The position numbers were made by a program, and so were the translations under genes. The notes below the pieces were generated by a model. The model saw nothing but the letters and a program-made list of their open reading frames with translations, did not search any database and was not told where the DNA came from. Shown here piece after piece: positions 24,008 through 35,794 of a stretch of 64,000 bases of DNA. This DNA comes from an uncultured Methanoregulaceae archaeon (GTDB lineage Archaea; Halobacteriota; Methanomicrobia; Methanomicrobiales; Methanospirillaceae), in the NCBI GenBank assembly GCA_963737635.1, contig CAVTTL010000001.1, positions 2,304,001 to 2,368,000 on the forward strand. The letters are read 5' to 3'. How positions within the stretch are numbered: position 1 is the stretch's first letter; each line of letters opens with the position of its first letter.

Positions 24008-24235
24008 ATGAGTGTTGTCTGGAACAGACGCCTTTCCAACGAAATCAGGGAATTAGGATATGATAGTGAGACCGGGACCCTTATCGTGACTTTCCCTGAC
24101 GGGATTCGAAGATATTTTGCGCCAGTCACGTATGAGATGTATACTGCAATAAGTCACTCATCTTTTCCTGATCGGTTATTTCGGAACACTATTGAAGGAA
24201 AGATTCCCCGTATATACATGACAGAGTATCGCTAA
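24008..24235 (+). CDS. KTSC domain protein
   Basis: SNEIRELGYDSETGTLIVTF.DG..Y..V..EMY pattern. Confidence 0.8.
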   Translation: MSVVWNRRLSNEIRELGYDSETGTLIVTFPDGIRRYFAPVTYEMYTAISHSSFPDRLFRNTIEGKIPRIYMTEYR

Positions 24236-24748
24236 TGCGAATCAGTACATTTTAGTTTTCTCTTGCATTGCCTTCGTCGACACGCCCGAGGCTCACGTAT
24301 CTGAGACACAGTCTATCGTTCTAATCATGGAGAAGACACGCCCGACCGGAATTATCGTGTAACAAGAGATAAATTCTTTTGTTTAATCTTACTTTGTTGT
24401 AAAATAAAAAAAATTAAAATAATAGATAACTAAGATGGATATTGTCCCTTTGTAACACACGCACCAACCGGATACAGACACACAGACACAATGAAAATTC
24501 CCAAAGAGATCAGTTTCTTCGTCAGGCAGCTATGAGAGATAAACTTCAGACACGGGTGAACCTCACGCACAATGTAACATTCTATGCGTCGTTCCTCATC
24601 CGCCATGTATCATCCGGTGTCTGAAGGCCTGCGGCGAAGGTATTTTTAAAGTATTCCAAATATCCAGATGAGTCATTTGCTGTCCATAATACTGGACCGT
24701 CCTTTTCGTTAAAGGGGTCACCCATTTAGCCCGAGAAACATAATCCTC

Positions 24749-26480
24749 TCACGCATTAAGTACGGCGCGTAGATCCCTGAGGGGAAGCGTATTTACGATT
24801 TCCTTTGCGGCCAGCCACCCCCGTCGGGCAGTAGCAACACCGAGATCCATGGCGTGCAGGTCTTCCTTCCGGTGGGCATCCGAACTGATCGCAAACTTCG
24901 TCCCAAATGCCCGGGCAAGCATGCAGGAAGTATCCGGAAGATCTAGTCGGGAAGGATAAGCGTTAATCTCAAGGATAACACCAAGGCTTTGAGCAGCTTT
25001 GGCAACTGCGAGAAGGTCAAACGGCGCAGGTTCCCGCTTCAGGAGGATCCTCCCTGTAGGATGGGCCAGGATGTCCAGAGAGTCATTATGCAGGGCAGTA
25101 ACGAGCCGTGTAGTCATATCCCTTTCCTTCATATCCAAGCCATCGTGAACTCCCGCAATTACGATATCGAGATCTTTGAGCACTGTGCTGCTCATATCCA
25201 AACTTCCACTCTCATTGATGCCGCACTCGATCCCGGCAAGCACAGTAATGCCATCAAGTGTTCGGTTTACCTGCTCGATCTCTACCTGCTGCCGTGCGAT
25301 CTCATGTTTATCCAGCCCGCGGGTGACCTGCTGACTTTTAGCGTGGTCACAGATAGCAATATACTCGTAACCCAGAGACAGTGCAGCCGCTGCCATCTCC
25401 TTGATACCGTTTTTGCCATCACTCCAAGTCGTATGGACGTGGAGGTCGCCTTTTACCGTGCCGTATGGAATGATGTCAGGCAGGGTACCGGATTCAGCCG
25501 CTTCGATCTCTCCCCGGTTTTCTCTCAATTCCGGTTCCATAAACGGGAGGCCAATTGCCTGAAACATCTCCTGCTCATCTCTTCCGGCAAGTATTTTATC
25601 CGTGGAACGGTCAAAGAGCCCGTACTCGTTTAGTTTTGCATTCCGTGCGAGCGCTCGTCGGCGCAGGGCGATATTGTAGTCTTTTGATCCGGTGAAATAG
25701 AGGAGCGCAGCACCGTACTGCTCTTCGTCAACAACCCGCAAGTCGACCTGCAGACCTGACTTGAGTACAGACGGAACTCCGGGTCGGCCCCCGTTCAATC
25801 ACGCGTCCGATTCCCGCCAGTGTGCAGAATGCTTCCATCACCTTCTCAGGTGCCGGGGACGTTGCAAGAATATCAACATCTCCGATGGTCTCTTTCTTTC
25901 TCCTTAGAGATCCGGCAAGGCTGATACGGTGCATGGCAGGTTCGCGAACGAGCTGTTTCACGATCTCTTCTGCAACCGGGAGGATGTCCCCAAGAAGGTA
26001 CCGGGTACCGGCCTGTCGCCGCGCCTTGAGAATAGTAAGGATTTTCTTCTCACTGAGCTCCCCAAACCCGGGAAGATCTCTGATCCGCCCGGCTGATGCT
26101 GCTTCTTCCAACTGACTGATGCTAGTAATACCCAATTCTTTGATTAATACCTGGGACCTCTTCGGCCCTATGCCTTCGACCTCGGCAATTTCCCGTACAC
26201 CCCGGGGCATATCCTGACGCAGGTTTTCCAGATAGTTGAGGCGGCCCGTCTTGAGGATCTCCCGGATCTTGGCGGCAATATGCGTTCCGACACCGGGTAT
26301 CTCTTCCAGAGCCCCACGTCCACTTATCTCCGCAATGTCTTCCTGCAATTCGTCTATTGCCCGGGCTGCCTTCGCGTACGCCTGCGGTTTAAACTGGACT
26401 CCCTTTGCCTTGAGGAGATCCGAAATCTCATACAGGATAGCGGATACCTGCTTGTTATTTTTCAGTGCGGAAGGTTCCAT
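24749..26480 (-). CDS. polX: DNA polymerase X with PHP domain (frameshift near 25775)
   Basis: AY.KAA, HhH GVG/GIG, GSLRR.KETIGDVDIL, VDLRV, YFTGSK. PHP motifs HVHTTWSDG and SSDAH. Confidence 0.93.
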
Positions 26481-26904
26481 AGGTGGTGTTGCATTCGCGT
26501 ACCTTGAAAGGAAATGCCATATTCACACGAATAGAAATAAGAAGAGTATTTTCCTTCATACTTTGTTCATCTGACCTCTTATGGTACCTCAATTTATATT
26601 GGTTTCGCTGATCCCCACCCGGCATTGACCGTGACGACAGTTTCGGAAAACCTCTTCAGAATGTCTGGTTTGCGATGATGGTAGGGTCTCATCCGCTTTT
26701 CAATTTCTCCAGATTTCCAAGAAATATCTCGCATCCCTACCGGTCTTCGTTGTTAGCGTACGCCGTTGGGATAATCGGGTTCGCCACATGTTACGATCGC
26801 GACTCTGAACGCAACATTAATTTCAAAAAGAGAGGGGAAATGCCAGGTCCGGGGTCAAACAATTCAACCAGCCTATGCCTCAGTAGGCACGTGCAAGTAC
26901 ATCG

Positions 26905-27288
26905 ACTGTAATCCAGGTCTCCCGTTGCCGCGAGGAACTGGTGCTCGCGGACGTCTATTTCCTGCCCGGGTTTCAGATGGAGCCCCTATATATGTCCCGG
27001 GCCGTCACAACTGAAAGCGATCTGCCCCGGCCCGGTTGCTTCCGTTACGAATATTTGCATGCCGGCGATCATTCGCTTCATGGTACCTTTCATACGACGT
27101 ACACTGATAGCAATTCCTGTATCTTTCCGCAAAAGGAGATGGTGTTCGAAGAATATCGATTGTCCCTGTTTCAGATCGATTGTCAACGCTGGAACCAGCT
27201 CTCCATCCAAGTGATACGTAAAGCCGGCAAAAGTCTCGACAGGTGAACTCGTCAACAATAATTTAGGCCTTTCCAAAGTATTTCGCAT
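26905..27288 (-). pseudogene. Truncated AIM24-family gene
   Basis: GELVPALTI..IFFEHH..GMQIFVTEATGPGQIAFS, then shifted DVREHQFLAATGDLDYS. Similarity stops near 26905. Confidence 0.7.
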
Positions 27289-27432
27289 CCTTCGATGTAT
27301 TCAGTTGAGAACTACAAAAGTTACAACTAGATTCTTTCGCGTCTATGGTCGAAAAATACGTTTCGATGCGAAAAACTCCAATTGACGCGGATCCCGAAAC
27401 CGGTGGGGTTACGTTGTTTCGAAATTCTTGTA

Positions 27433-27807
27433 TCAGCCGATATAATCCTTTAATTTCTTTATCATGGCAAGCTGGTTGGTAGCCTGGTTCCTTTTCTCTT
27501 TCTCGATACTGTCCATGATCTCGGCAATGGGCTTTGCAAGCTCGTAGATCTTGATCGGGCGTCCTTTACTCTCGCCCTTGCTCTCGCGGCTCGAGATCCA
27601 GCCATTGTCCATCATGGTTCTCATAGCGATACTTACCTCGGGCTGGCGGAGGTCGGTGCCCCGCTCAATCGCACGGGATGTTGCTTCGGGAATGTTGGCC
27701 AGAAAGACCAGTACTTTTGCGACGTTTTTCTTTGTCCCGATCTCGATGAGGAGGTTTGCAAATTCTTCTTCCTTCTCGGTAAAATACATTACACTCTCTG
27801 TTCTCAT
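27433..27807 (-). CDS. Archaeal MarR-like transcriptional regulator
   Basis: ATSRAIERGTDLRQPEVSIAM...KGRPIKIYEL. Confidence 0.9.
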   Translation of the reverse strand: MRTESVMYFTEKEEEFANLLIEIGTKKNVAKVLVFLANIPEATSRAIERGTDLRQPEVSIAMRTMMDNGWISSRESKGESKGRPIKIYELAKPIAEIMDSIEKEKRNQATNQLAMIKKLKDYIG

Positions 27808-28036
27808 GCAATCTCATCCGCAAACATTTCTGTTGTTTATTTAAAATTTATCTTTGGAATGATATATATGTACTGTTATTTGCGGTTTTGTCAATCGCGA
27901 AATGAAAAAAGCAATAAAAAATCGAATCATTGCAGATCAATCCGGGATCTTATCTGCGATGATTCAAGGGTTCATTCCAAATAGCAAGATTCAATAGTGA
28001 ATAAGAAAAATTTAAAATAGTTTTGGATTTTCTCCA

Positions 28037-29440
28037 ATGATAACTATTCTCTACGTCGATGACGAGCCGGCTTTTCTTGAAATCGGAAAGATATATCTTG
28101 AGGAGACCGGAAACTACCATGTCGATTGCACCACATCCTGCAAAAAAGCCCTCAATCTTCTTACGACAAAGAAGTATGATGTTATCGTCTCGGATTACCA
28201 TATGCCCGATATGGATGGCCTAGCCTTTTTCAGAGCGGTGAGGGCAGCTCACGGGGATATTCCATTCATACTCTTCACCGGTAAAGAAAGGGAAGAGATT
28301 GTCATCGATGCGCTCTCGTGCGGTGTCGATTTTTACCTCCAGAGAGGGGGAGATACCCAAGCACAGTTCGCCGAGCTCTCCCATAAGATCAGGAGAGCGG
28401 TCGAACGGAAGCGGATGGCTCTACAGATCAAGGCAAACGAGACACGGTTCAGGGAACTTGTGGATAAATTGCCCGAAATGATCTTTGAGGGGGATAGCCA
28501 AGCTACAATCACGTTTGTGAACCAGACCGGCTTGAATGTGCTTGGTTACACAAAAAATGAGATCGAGAGCCTGTTCAATCTGGCCGACCTTATTGCACCT
28601 TCTCACCGGGACACGTTTACCAGGATGTTACGGACAATCCGGACCGGGGAGGGTCTACCAAGGCTTCTGGAGTGTTCCATGCTCAAAAAAAATGGGACCG
28701 AAATCTCCGTCGAAATTATGGCCAACTATGTTGTATCGGATGAAATAGAGTGCTATTTTGCCTTTGCCCGCGACATTACAGGACGAAAACAGGCCGAGAC
28801 CGCGACCGGCCTTGCAACCCGGAAGCTCCTCATAATGAAAGATGTTTCACGTCATATCATCAGGAACAAGATCACCGGCCTCATTGGGTGCGTCGACATG
28901 GCTTGCGATTCCCGGTCATCTGCCGAATCTCTTACCCTTACTCAGGACATAAAGGAGCTCATCCGGGATATCCAAAAACAGATCGATTTCACCCAGAAGT
29001 ACGAAGAAGTAGGGGTCAACCAGCCGGAATGGCAGAAACTCCGGGAGGTTATGACCAGGATAGATAAGACCGGACTAACGTTTGACTTCGACATTCCCGA
29101 TGTTGAGATCTATGCAGATCCCCTGCTCGGCGAGATCTTTGGGTATCTGGAAGATAACTCCCTCCGGCACGGTGTTAAGGTGACCACGATCTCGCTCCGA
29201 TCCACAGAATGTTCGGATGGGCTCGTTCTGATATACGAGGATAATGGCGTGGGCATACCCACAGAACAAAAGGAAATAATATTTGATAAAAGTTCTGCAC
29301 GGCCATCTGGTGTCGGTCTTTTTCTTGTCCGGGAGATCCTTACCATCACCGGTATCACCATCGTCGAAAACGGCATCCCCGTAAAGGGTGCCCGGTTTGA
29401 GATAACGGTTCCCCACGGGGGCTATCGGCGAGCGCCCTGA
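28037..29440 (+). CDS. Hybrid REC-PAS-histidine kinase
   Basis: VDDE/VSDYHMP receiver, PAS, H-box SRHIIRN, DNS..HG, EDNGVGI, GVGLF. Confidence 0.92.
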   Translation: MITILYVDDEPAFLEIGKIYLEETGNYHVDCTTSCKKALNLLTTKKYDVIVSDYHMPDMDGLAFFRAVRAAHGDIPFILFTGKEREEIVIDALSCGVDFYLQRGGDTQAQFAELSHKIRRAVERKRMALQIKANETRFRELVDKLPEMIFEGDSQATITFVNQTGLNVLGYTKNEIESLFNLADLIAPSHRDTFTRMLRTIRTGEGLPRLLECSMLKKNGTEISVEIMANYVVSDEIECYFAFARDITGRKQAETATGLATRKLLIMKDVSRHIIRNKITGLIGCVDMACDSRSSAESLTLTQDIKELIRDIQKQIDFTQKYEEVGVNQPEWQKLREVMTRIDKTGLTFDFDIPDVEIYADPLLGEIFGYLEDNSLRHGVKVTTISLRSTECSDGLVLIYEDNGVGIPTEQKEIIFDKSSARPSGVGLFLVREILTITGITIVENGIPVKGARFEITVPHGGYRRAP

Positions 29441-29711
29441 AGGTTTCTTTCAAATCGTCGGGAGCCATGCTCAGTACGGTCACATCCTTGGCAGCGGCCC
29501 TTTCCGGTAACTCTCTCATCGATTCTCCCACTTTACCATTAACGTTCTCATTCGGTTTCTAATCCTTCATCGGGTATTTTCGCCATGCCAAAAACTAAAC
29601 ACGGGAGGGAAAGATGAGGATCAACGAAACCCTATTAAAGACTAAGTACGAGTGCCCTGCATACCAGATTTGATTGAATCGTCCCTCAGAGGAAGGTAAT
29701 GAGGAGAGAAA

Positions 29712-30453
29712 ATGACACCGGAGAGCGAAAAAAAGAATCTGATGACAGTTGTAATTCTGAGCCTGGTTATTCCGGTCGCCGGATTTGTCGTTCTTGATCT
29801 TGGATTGCCGTCTCAACGATGGATCGACATTCCGATCCACACAATGCTCGAAACAACAGGACTCACTATTGGATTGATTACTGCGTTTTTCCTCCTCTCA
29901 AACGCCTGTCAAAAACCGGAAGACCGGCCAATCTTCAACTGGATTGCGGCAGCGTTGATAGGTATGGCCATTCTCGATGGGTTCCACGCAGCCGCATTGC
30001 CCGGAAATACGGCTGTCTGGTTTACACGGTATAGCGGCTCTTTCCGGCGGTGCACTGTTCATCTGCTCGTGGTGGGGAAAACGGATCGGTGCGAGAAAAT
30101 CCCGGTACTTCGTTGCCGGGGTTGTTGCCCTGTATGCGATTGTTTTAGGAACGGTTAGTGTGGCTTTTCCTGGCATTGTTCCCTTTATCACCGTAAACAG
30201 TGCCTTCGCATTTGTGGCAGATGGAACCAATGTGGCCGGCGGATTGCTGTTTATTGTCGCGGCTGCCGGTTTTTATTTCCTGTCGACGAAAGCAGAACCC
30301 GGAGAATTCCGGTTGTTTTCAGTATTCTGTGTTTTGAACGGACTCGCTGGCCTTTTCTTCCCAATCACCAGTTCGTGGGCTGCAGTATGGTGGTTCTGGC
30401 ATCTTGTCCGGGTCAGCTGCATGCCTCATCTTGATAATCTTCCTTTACGATAG
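29712..30453 (+). pseudogene. Multi-TM membrane sensor domain (MASE3-like), frameshifted and lacking an output domain
   Basis: About 7 TM helices over two frames with HTMLE, LDGFHA and WWFWH motifs. Ends with no kinase or cyclase. Confidence 0.6.
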
Positions 30454-30648
30454 GTTTGTCTTACGCTCTCAGAAAAATGGAGATTTCAAGAGGTAACATG
30501 TTTCGATCACCGGACTTTCCCGTTTTTCTTCTCACCCTGGTTTCGTCGCATTTACCATTATTAACCGCAATTTCGCCTATTAAACTCTCGATCACTGATA
30601 AACGAGCACCAAAAAAGAAGATGCAGTCCCGCAAGCCGGAATTTATTC

Positions 30649-33005
30649 TTACGATGTGAACCGGTATGCTCCTTTCGGCACCAGGATCTCGAACCGTGCC
30701 CCGAGACCCGGTGTTCCTGTCTCCCTGATTTTCATCCCGGAGAGGGTGAGAAACTCATGCACAAAAAACAACCCGAACGTTCCCACTCCTCCGATAATCC
30801 GGTCAAAAATATGATCTTTCTGTCCAAAGGGAATACCGACGCCATCGTCTTCGCAGACCAGCACTGCCCCTTCCGGGGTCTCGTGCCAGCTTACTGAAAT
30901 CCGGGTAAGTTTCTTCCCGTGGTTTATGGCATTAAGCATGAGGTTATAAAATACCCGGTCGATCACCGGATCGGAATAGATCTCAAATCCCTGGAGATTA
31001 TTATCCAGGATTATTTTCTGGTGCCGGCTTATACGGGAGAACTGCACTAATACGATTTTTTCAAGAGGAATCCAGCGGGACTGGTTTATGCCCATCTGCA
31101 AGTAATCCTTCGTTTTTTTAATCAGGGTATGGATTGTCTCGAGAATCAGCATCTCCTTTTCAATAAAAGATTTCCTGTCACCTTCATTCGCCGGCGCTTT
31201 GCTGAGTTCAACAAATGCCCGGAGTGCGGTCACCTTGTTCTGGATATCCTGGGAAGCCACTTCGGTCATAAGAGAGAGCTTACGGTTTGCAAGCCTGATC
31301 TTCTCTTCAGCCTGTTTGCGTTCGGAGACATCCCGGATAATCATGCTGATAAGGGTAATTCCTTGAATATCCACAAATCGTGACGTGGATATCTCCGCGG
31401 GGAAGGTGCTGCCATCACCCTTCTTCAGGAGGACTTCCCCTTTGAAATAACCTTTCGTCTCCCGCTCTTTTAACGCCAGATGGAAATGGGGGTCTGTTGT
31501 GTCGGAGATACCCTCTCGCCCGGCGCTTTTGATCTCTCTTTCTGTCATCCCAAACATGGCACACGCAGCGGAGTTTGCCGCCTTAATGGTGCCATCGGGG
31601 GTTACAAGGAGAATAGCATCCCGGGAATTTTCAAAGAGCAGGCGGTATCTCTCCTCACTTTCCCTCAGCGCGACTTCTGCTTGTGTCCGCTCTATTGCTT
31701 CGCCCATGGTTCTTGCTACGATCTCGAGTGCCTGAATGAGCTCAAGAGGCACCTTGCCCTCCCGGTGATCGGCAAGGTGGATCAATCCTATAATCCTATC
31801 TTGCCTGCGAATAGGGATAAGACCCACGGACTCATAGCCCACCTCGTTACAGATGTTCCGCGTCTTTCCTTTCTCCTCTTCGGATACGGTTGCAAGGAAC
31901 TTTGTTGTGGCATTTATGTAGAAGGAACCCCCGTGGGTGTAAAATGGCAGCGAAGGATCGGTGGTGCCCTTAATAACGTTGATGCACATGCACTGGTCAT
32001 TGACAAGAGAAAGAGGGCTTTCCATCTCGTAGACTCTTTAGTATATCCCGTATATGCTTGGAACGGTATACCGTTATTTTCATCGAGGAGCCTGATTCCT
32101 ATTGAGTCACAACCGGTATAGTCCTGGATGATACGAACATAATGATCAAGCAGCGATGACCGGCTGGAGAATTGAAAGGAAACCTGTAAAATAGTGTTTA
32201 ACAGGCGAATGATATTTTCATAATATTTTCGTTTTGTGATGTCGTGAGCTATCATGGAGGCGCCGGTAATTGCACCGGACAGATCCTTGATCGACGAAAT
32301 AGTAAGGGACACATCAAGAAGTTTCCCGTCTTTTTTCACACGCTTTGTATCGAAATGGCTGACAATCTTCCCATTGTGTGTCTTTTGGAGGATATTTGGC
32401 AGTTCATCTACTTCCCCGGGTGGAACAAGGAGAGATACCGATTTTCCAATGACCTCCCGGGCACTATACCCGTACATCTTCTCTGCACCAGTGTTCCAGG
32501 AAACTATGGTTCCATCGAGGTTTTTCCCGATGATAGCGTCGTCGGAAAATTCAACGATATTTGCCATGTGCTGGAGATCTCCGAGTGCCTGTTTCTGTTC
32601 AGTTACATCCTCAAAAACGGCAACAAAGTGCGCTTTTGCCGGTGAATATACAAAGATATGGAGCCACCTGCCGGAAGGTTTGAAATTGAGGTCGAACGTT
32701 TCCGGTGTACCGGTCAACGAAACTCTGCCATAGATCTCAAAGAGCTCCGGATAGGCCTCTTTAATGCCCGGAAAAACCTCGGTAGCCGGTTTCCCGGTGA
32801 CATTTGGAGTTCCGATGATCCGAATGAACGCAGGGTTGACATCGAGATAGATGTAATCTATCGGATGTCCCTTGTCGTCAAAGAGCATCCTGCAGTACGC
32901 AAGCCCTTCCAGAAGATTTTCAAAAATGGTATGATAGTACTCCGCGCTTTCCTGAACTGTCGCTCGCGTTGATTTGTTTTCGGTGCTACCACTGATAGTT
33001 GTCAA
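30649..33005 (-). CDS. PAS-PAS-GAF-PAS histidine-kinase-like protein (frameshift near 32030)
   Basis: ORFs 31914..33005 and 30649..32025 join within the GAF. HATPase motifs NAINHG and EDDGVGI. Confidence 0.85.
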
Positions 33006-33109
33006 CCCGTACCTTCCTCATCTTCGCGTACGAGACGTTATTCTGAAAATTTAACCGTTATTATATATTATTTGTATAAGTGGCGATATAATATCTCGTA
33101 TCTTTCATA

Positions 33110-33186
33110 GGTCTTATGCGTCTCCGGTTGACGATGCTAATTCATCCCGGAAACCTCCGGTCAACAGCCGACACACGATTAACCAA
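33110..33186. repeat. ~77-bp inverted-arm element (degenerate copy)
   Basis: GGTCTTATGCGTCTCCGG(TTG), 40-bp spacer, then CCGACACACGATTAACC. Confidence 0.5.
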
Positions 33187-33222
33187 GCGAGCGGATGGCC
33201 TCACGCCCAACTATGAAACAAT

Positions 33223-35568
33223 TTAAGACGTAAACCGGTACGCTTCTTTCGGTACGGTAATCTCAAACCGGGCACCTTTCCCGAATTCACCGGTCTCTTG
33301 TATCGTAAGGCCGGTTATCGATAGGATCTCCCGGGAAAGGAAAAGACCCAGGCCAGAATTTTTTCCAAAACCTTTCGTGAAAAGATGTTTTTTATCTACC
33401 GGAGAAATCCCCATTCCATTATCTTCGAAGATTAGGATGAGTCCGCTGTCCGATTCCCGCGATGACAAACGAATAGCGGTTACCTGGTTACCTCCATGCT
33501 TAAGCGTGTTATCAATAAGGTTATAGAACACTTTCTCGAAGAGCGGATCGGCATAAACGTCAATTCCCCCGATATCAGTCACGATCTGGATATCTTTCAT
33601 GGGAAGGACCGCCAGCGCCTTTTGTACGGATGCGTTGACATTCTGCCAGGCCGGGACATTAGCACCTAGATCCTCGTAGTCCTTGGTAAAAAGGATCTGG
33701 CTTTCAATTGCACGTGCGGCTCGCTCTCCCTTCACGATATGCTCAGACATCTTTGTGGCATCCCCGGAGGCATGTTTGCATAATTCAAGAATGGATTTCA
33801 GGATAAAGAGCTGGTTGAGAATATCGTGCCTGGTGATTCTCGAGAGCAAGTTTAATTTTTTAGTGGCCAGGATCCGGGATTCTTCAGCCCGTTTGCGTTC
33901 GGTAATATCTTCAAAAATCGCAACAAAATATTCCTTCTCCGGAGAATACACCGAGATATGCAGCCACTTGGCGGACGGCTTGAAATCGAGATCGAAGGAT
34001 TCCGGTCTCCCGGTTGACGCAACTCTTCCATAAATCTCAAACAACGCCGGATAAGCCTCGTTAATTCCGGGAAACACCTCCGTAACCGGTTTCCCGGTGA
34101 CCGTAGTGGTTCCGATGATCCTATTGAATGCCGGATTCACCGTGAGATAGATGAAATCAACAGGTCTCCCTTTATCGTCGAACACCATACGGCAGTGCGC
34201 CATTCCCTCCAGCATATTGTCAAAGAGGCTCCGGTATTTCTCCTCGCTCTCCCTCAGGGCATCCTCAGTCTGTATGCGTCCAGTGATATCCTCAACGATC
34301 AGAACTCCCCGGACATACGTGCCGGCCTTATCTTTAAGCCCGGTGGCGTTTATCTTAACATTGATAAATGAACGATCTTTTTTCTGCATCCGGAAGATCG
34401 CGCCAGACACCGTTTTTCCGGAGAAAACCTCACGGAGAAAAGAGTCCAGCTTCGTTTGATTCTCGGTATCGATAATTCCTGCGATCTGTTTTTCGAGGAT
34501 ATCCTCTTTAGGATATCCGAGCATATCATCGATTCTTTGGTTGCAGTCAACAATTATTCCTTGTGAGTCAATAGACATGATGAGATTGGGGGCGGCGTTG
34601 AAGATATCCCGGAATTTCCTGGCAGTCCGGCGGATATTATTTTCGGCCTTCTCCCGTTCTTCCTGATCCTCGCGAGCTTTCAGGGCAAAACTGATATCGC
34701 CGGTCATCTCATCGAGCAGATTGATTATCTGGTCGTTGAAAAAACCGGGTTCCGGGGCGTAGAGTGTCAACACACCCTCATACCTGGTCTTCAGAGCAAA
34801 CGGGAATGCAGCGACCGATCGGTACCCGCGGGAAAGTGCCTCATCCCGCCATGGTTGCATGAGAGGGTCGGCCGCAAGATCGTTTATGATGGTATGGCGT
34901 CCCTCCCTCAATGCGGTGCCGGAAAGGCCCCGGCCGGCAGGAATGTCTTCAGCGGACACGTTACTTCGGTCAAGGTATCCTTCGATGTGACCACACGAGG
35001 CAAACGGTTCTATCAACTGTGTTTCCTTGTTGATCCATCCTGCCCAGACCATCCGGAAGCCACCGATACCTATTGCGATCCGGCAGATCACTTCGAAAAG
35101 TTCCTTAATATCTCTGTGATGAATGATAGCGTGGTTTGTCGCGGAGAGAACCGAATAGAGCCGGTTGAGGGCAAAAGCCTGGGCCTCGGCTCTGCGTCTT
35201 TCAACAACGCTCGTTATCTTCCGGATCAGCTCTGCAAACTGGGCCTTTGGCGCACCTCCCTTCTGGAGATAAAAATCTGCCCCGGCCTCAAATGCCTGGA
35301 TCGCAATCTCCTCGCGACCCTTCCCGGTGAAGATGATAAAGGGGAGCAAAAGGTACTCTTTGCGCAGGACTTTCAGGAACTCGATCCCGTCCATTCCGGG
35401 CATTTGGTAATCCGAGACGACGACCTCATATTTTCCAGATTTCAGGAGTTCAAGCCCTTGTTGTGCTGATACCGCGGTGTCCACAGAGAAATCACCTGAG
35501 CGTTCGAGAAAAAGCTTTGCGACATCAAGAAGTGAAGGTTCATCATCCACGTAGAGAACGGTTATCAT
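33223..35568 (-). CDS. Hybrid REC-GAF-PAS-PAS histidine kinase
   Basis: Receiver, GAF, two PAS, H-box TRHDILNQL, EDNGMG, GKNSGLGLF. Confidence 0.93.
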   Translation of the reverse strand: MITVLYVDDEPSLLDVAKLFLERSGDFSVDTAVSAQQGLELLKSGKYEVVVSDYQMPGMDGIEFLKVLRKEYLLLPFIIFTGKGREEIAIQAFEAGADFYLQKGGAPKAQFAELIRKITSVVERRRAEAQAFALNRLYSVLSATNHAIIHHRDIKELFEVICRIAIGIGGFRMVWAGWINKETQLIEPFASCGHIEGYLDRSNVSAEDIPAGRGLSGTALREGRHTIINDLAADPLMQPWRDEALSRGYRSVAAFPFALKTRYEGVLTLYAPEPGFFNDQIINLLDEMTGDISFALKAREDQEEREKAENNIRRTARKFRDIFNAAPNLIMSIDSQGIIVDCNQRIDDMLGYPKEDILEKQIAGIIDTENQTKLDSFLREVFSGKTVSGAIFRMQKKDRSFINVKINATGLKDKAGTYVRGVLIVEDITGRIQTEDALRESEEKYRSLFDNMLEGMAHCRMVFDDKGRPVDFIYLTVNPAFNRIIGTTTVTGKPVTEVFPGINEAYPALFEIYGRVASTGRPESFDLDFKPSAKWLHISVYSPEKEYFVAIFEDITERKRAEESRILATKKLNLLSRITRHDILNQLFILKSILELCKHASGDATKMSEHIVKGERAARAIESQILFTKDYEDLGANVPAWQNVNASVQKALAVLPMKDIQIVTDIGGIDVYADPLFEKVFYNLIDNTLKHGGNQVTAIRLSSRESDSGLILIFEDNGMGISPVDKKHLFTKGFGKNSGLGLFLSREILSITGLTIQETGEFGKGARFEITVPKEAYRFTS

Positions 35569-35794
35569 ACATCGGGGCCAGAGTCATATGTAGTTTTTAT
35601 ACCGAATTAATATTATTATAATACCATACTTGTCCAGCCGGATTCTTGTTGATGAAGAAGAGTTTGAAGTCCAACCAGTAGCATACCCGGAGCATTCTCC
35701 TCATCTGCCCAAAAGTCGGCAGATCAGGTGAAATTCCTTTCAGATTCCACAATACCAAAGGACTAAAGTCCGCTATTATCGTAATGTAGTATGT

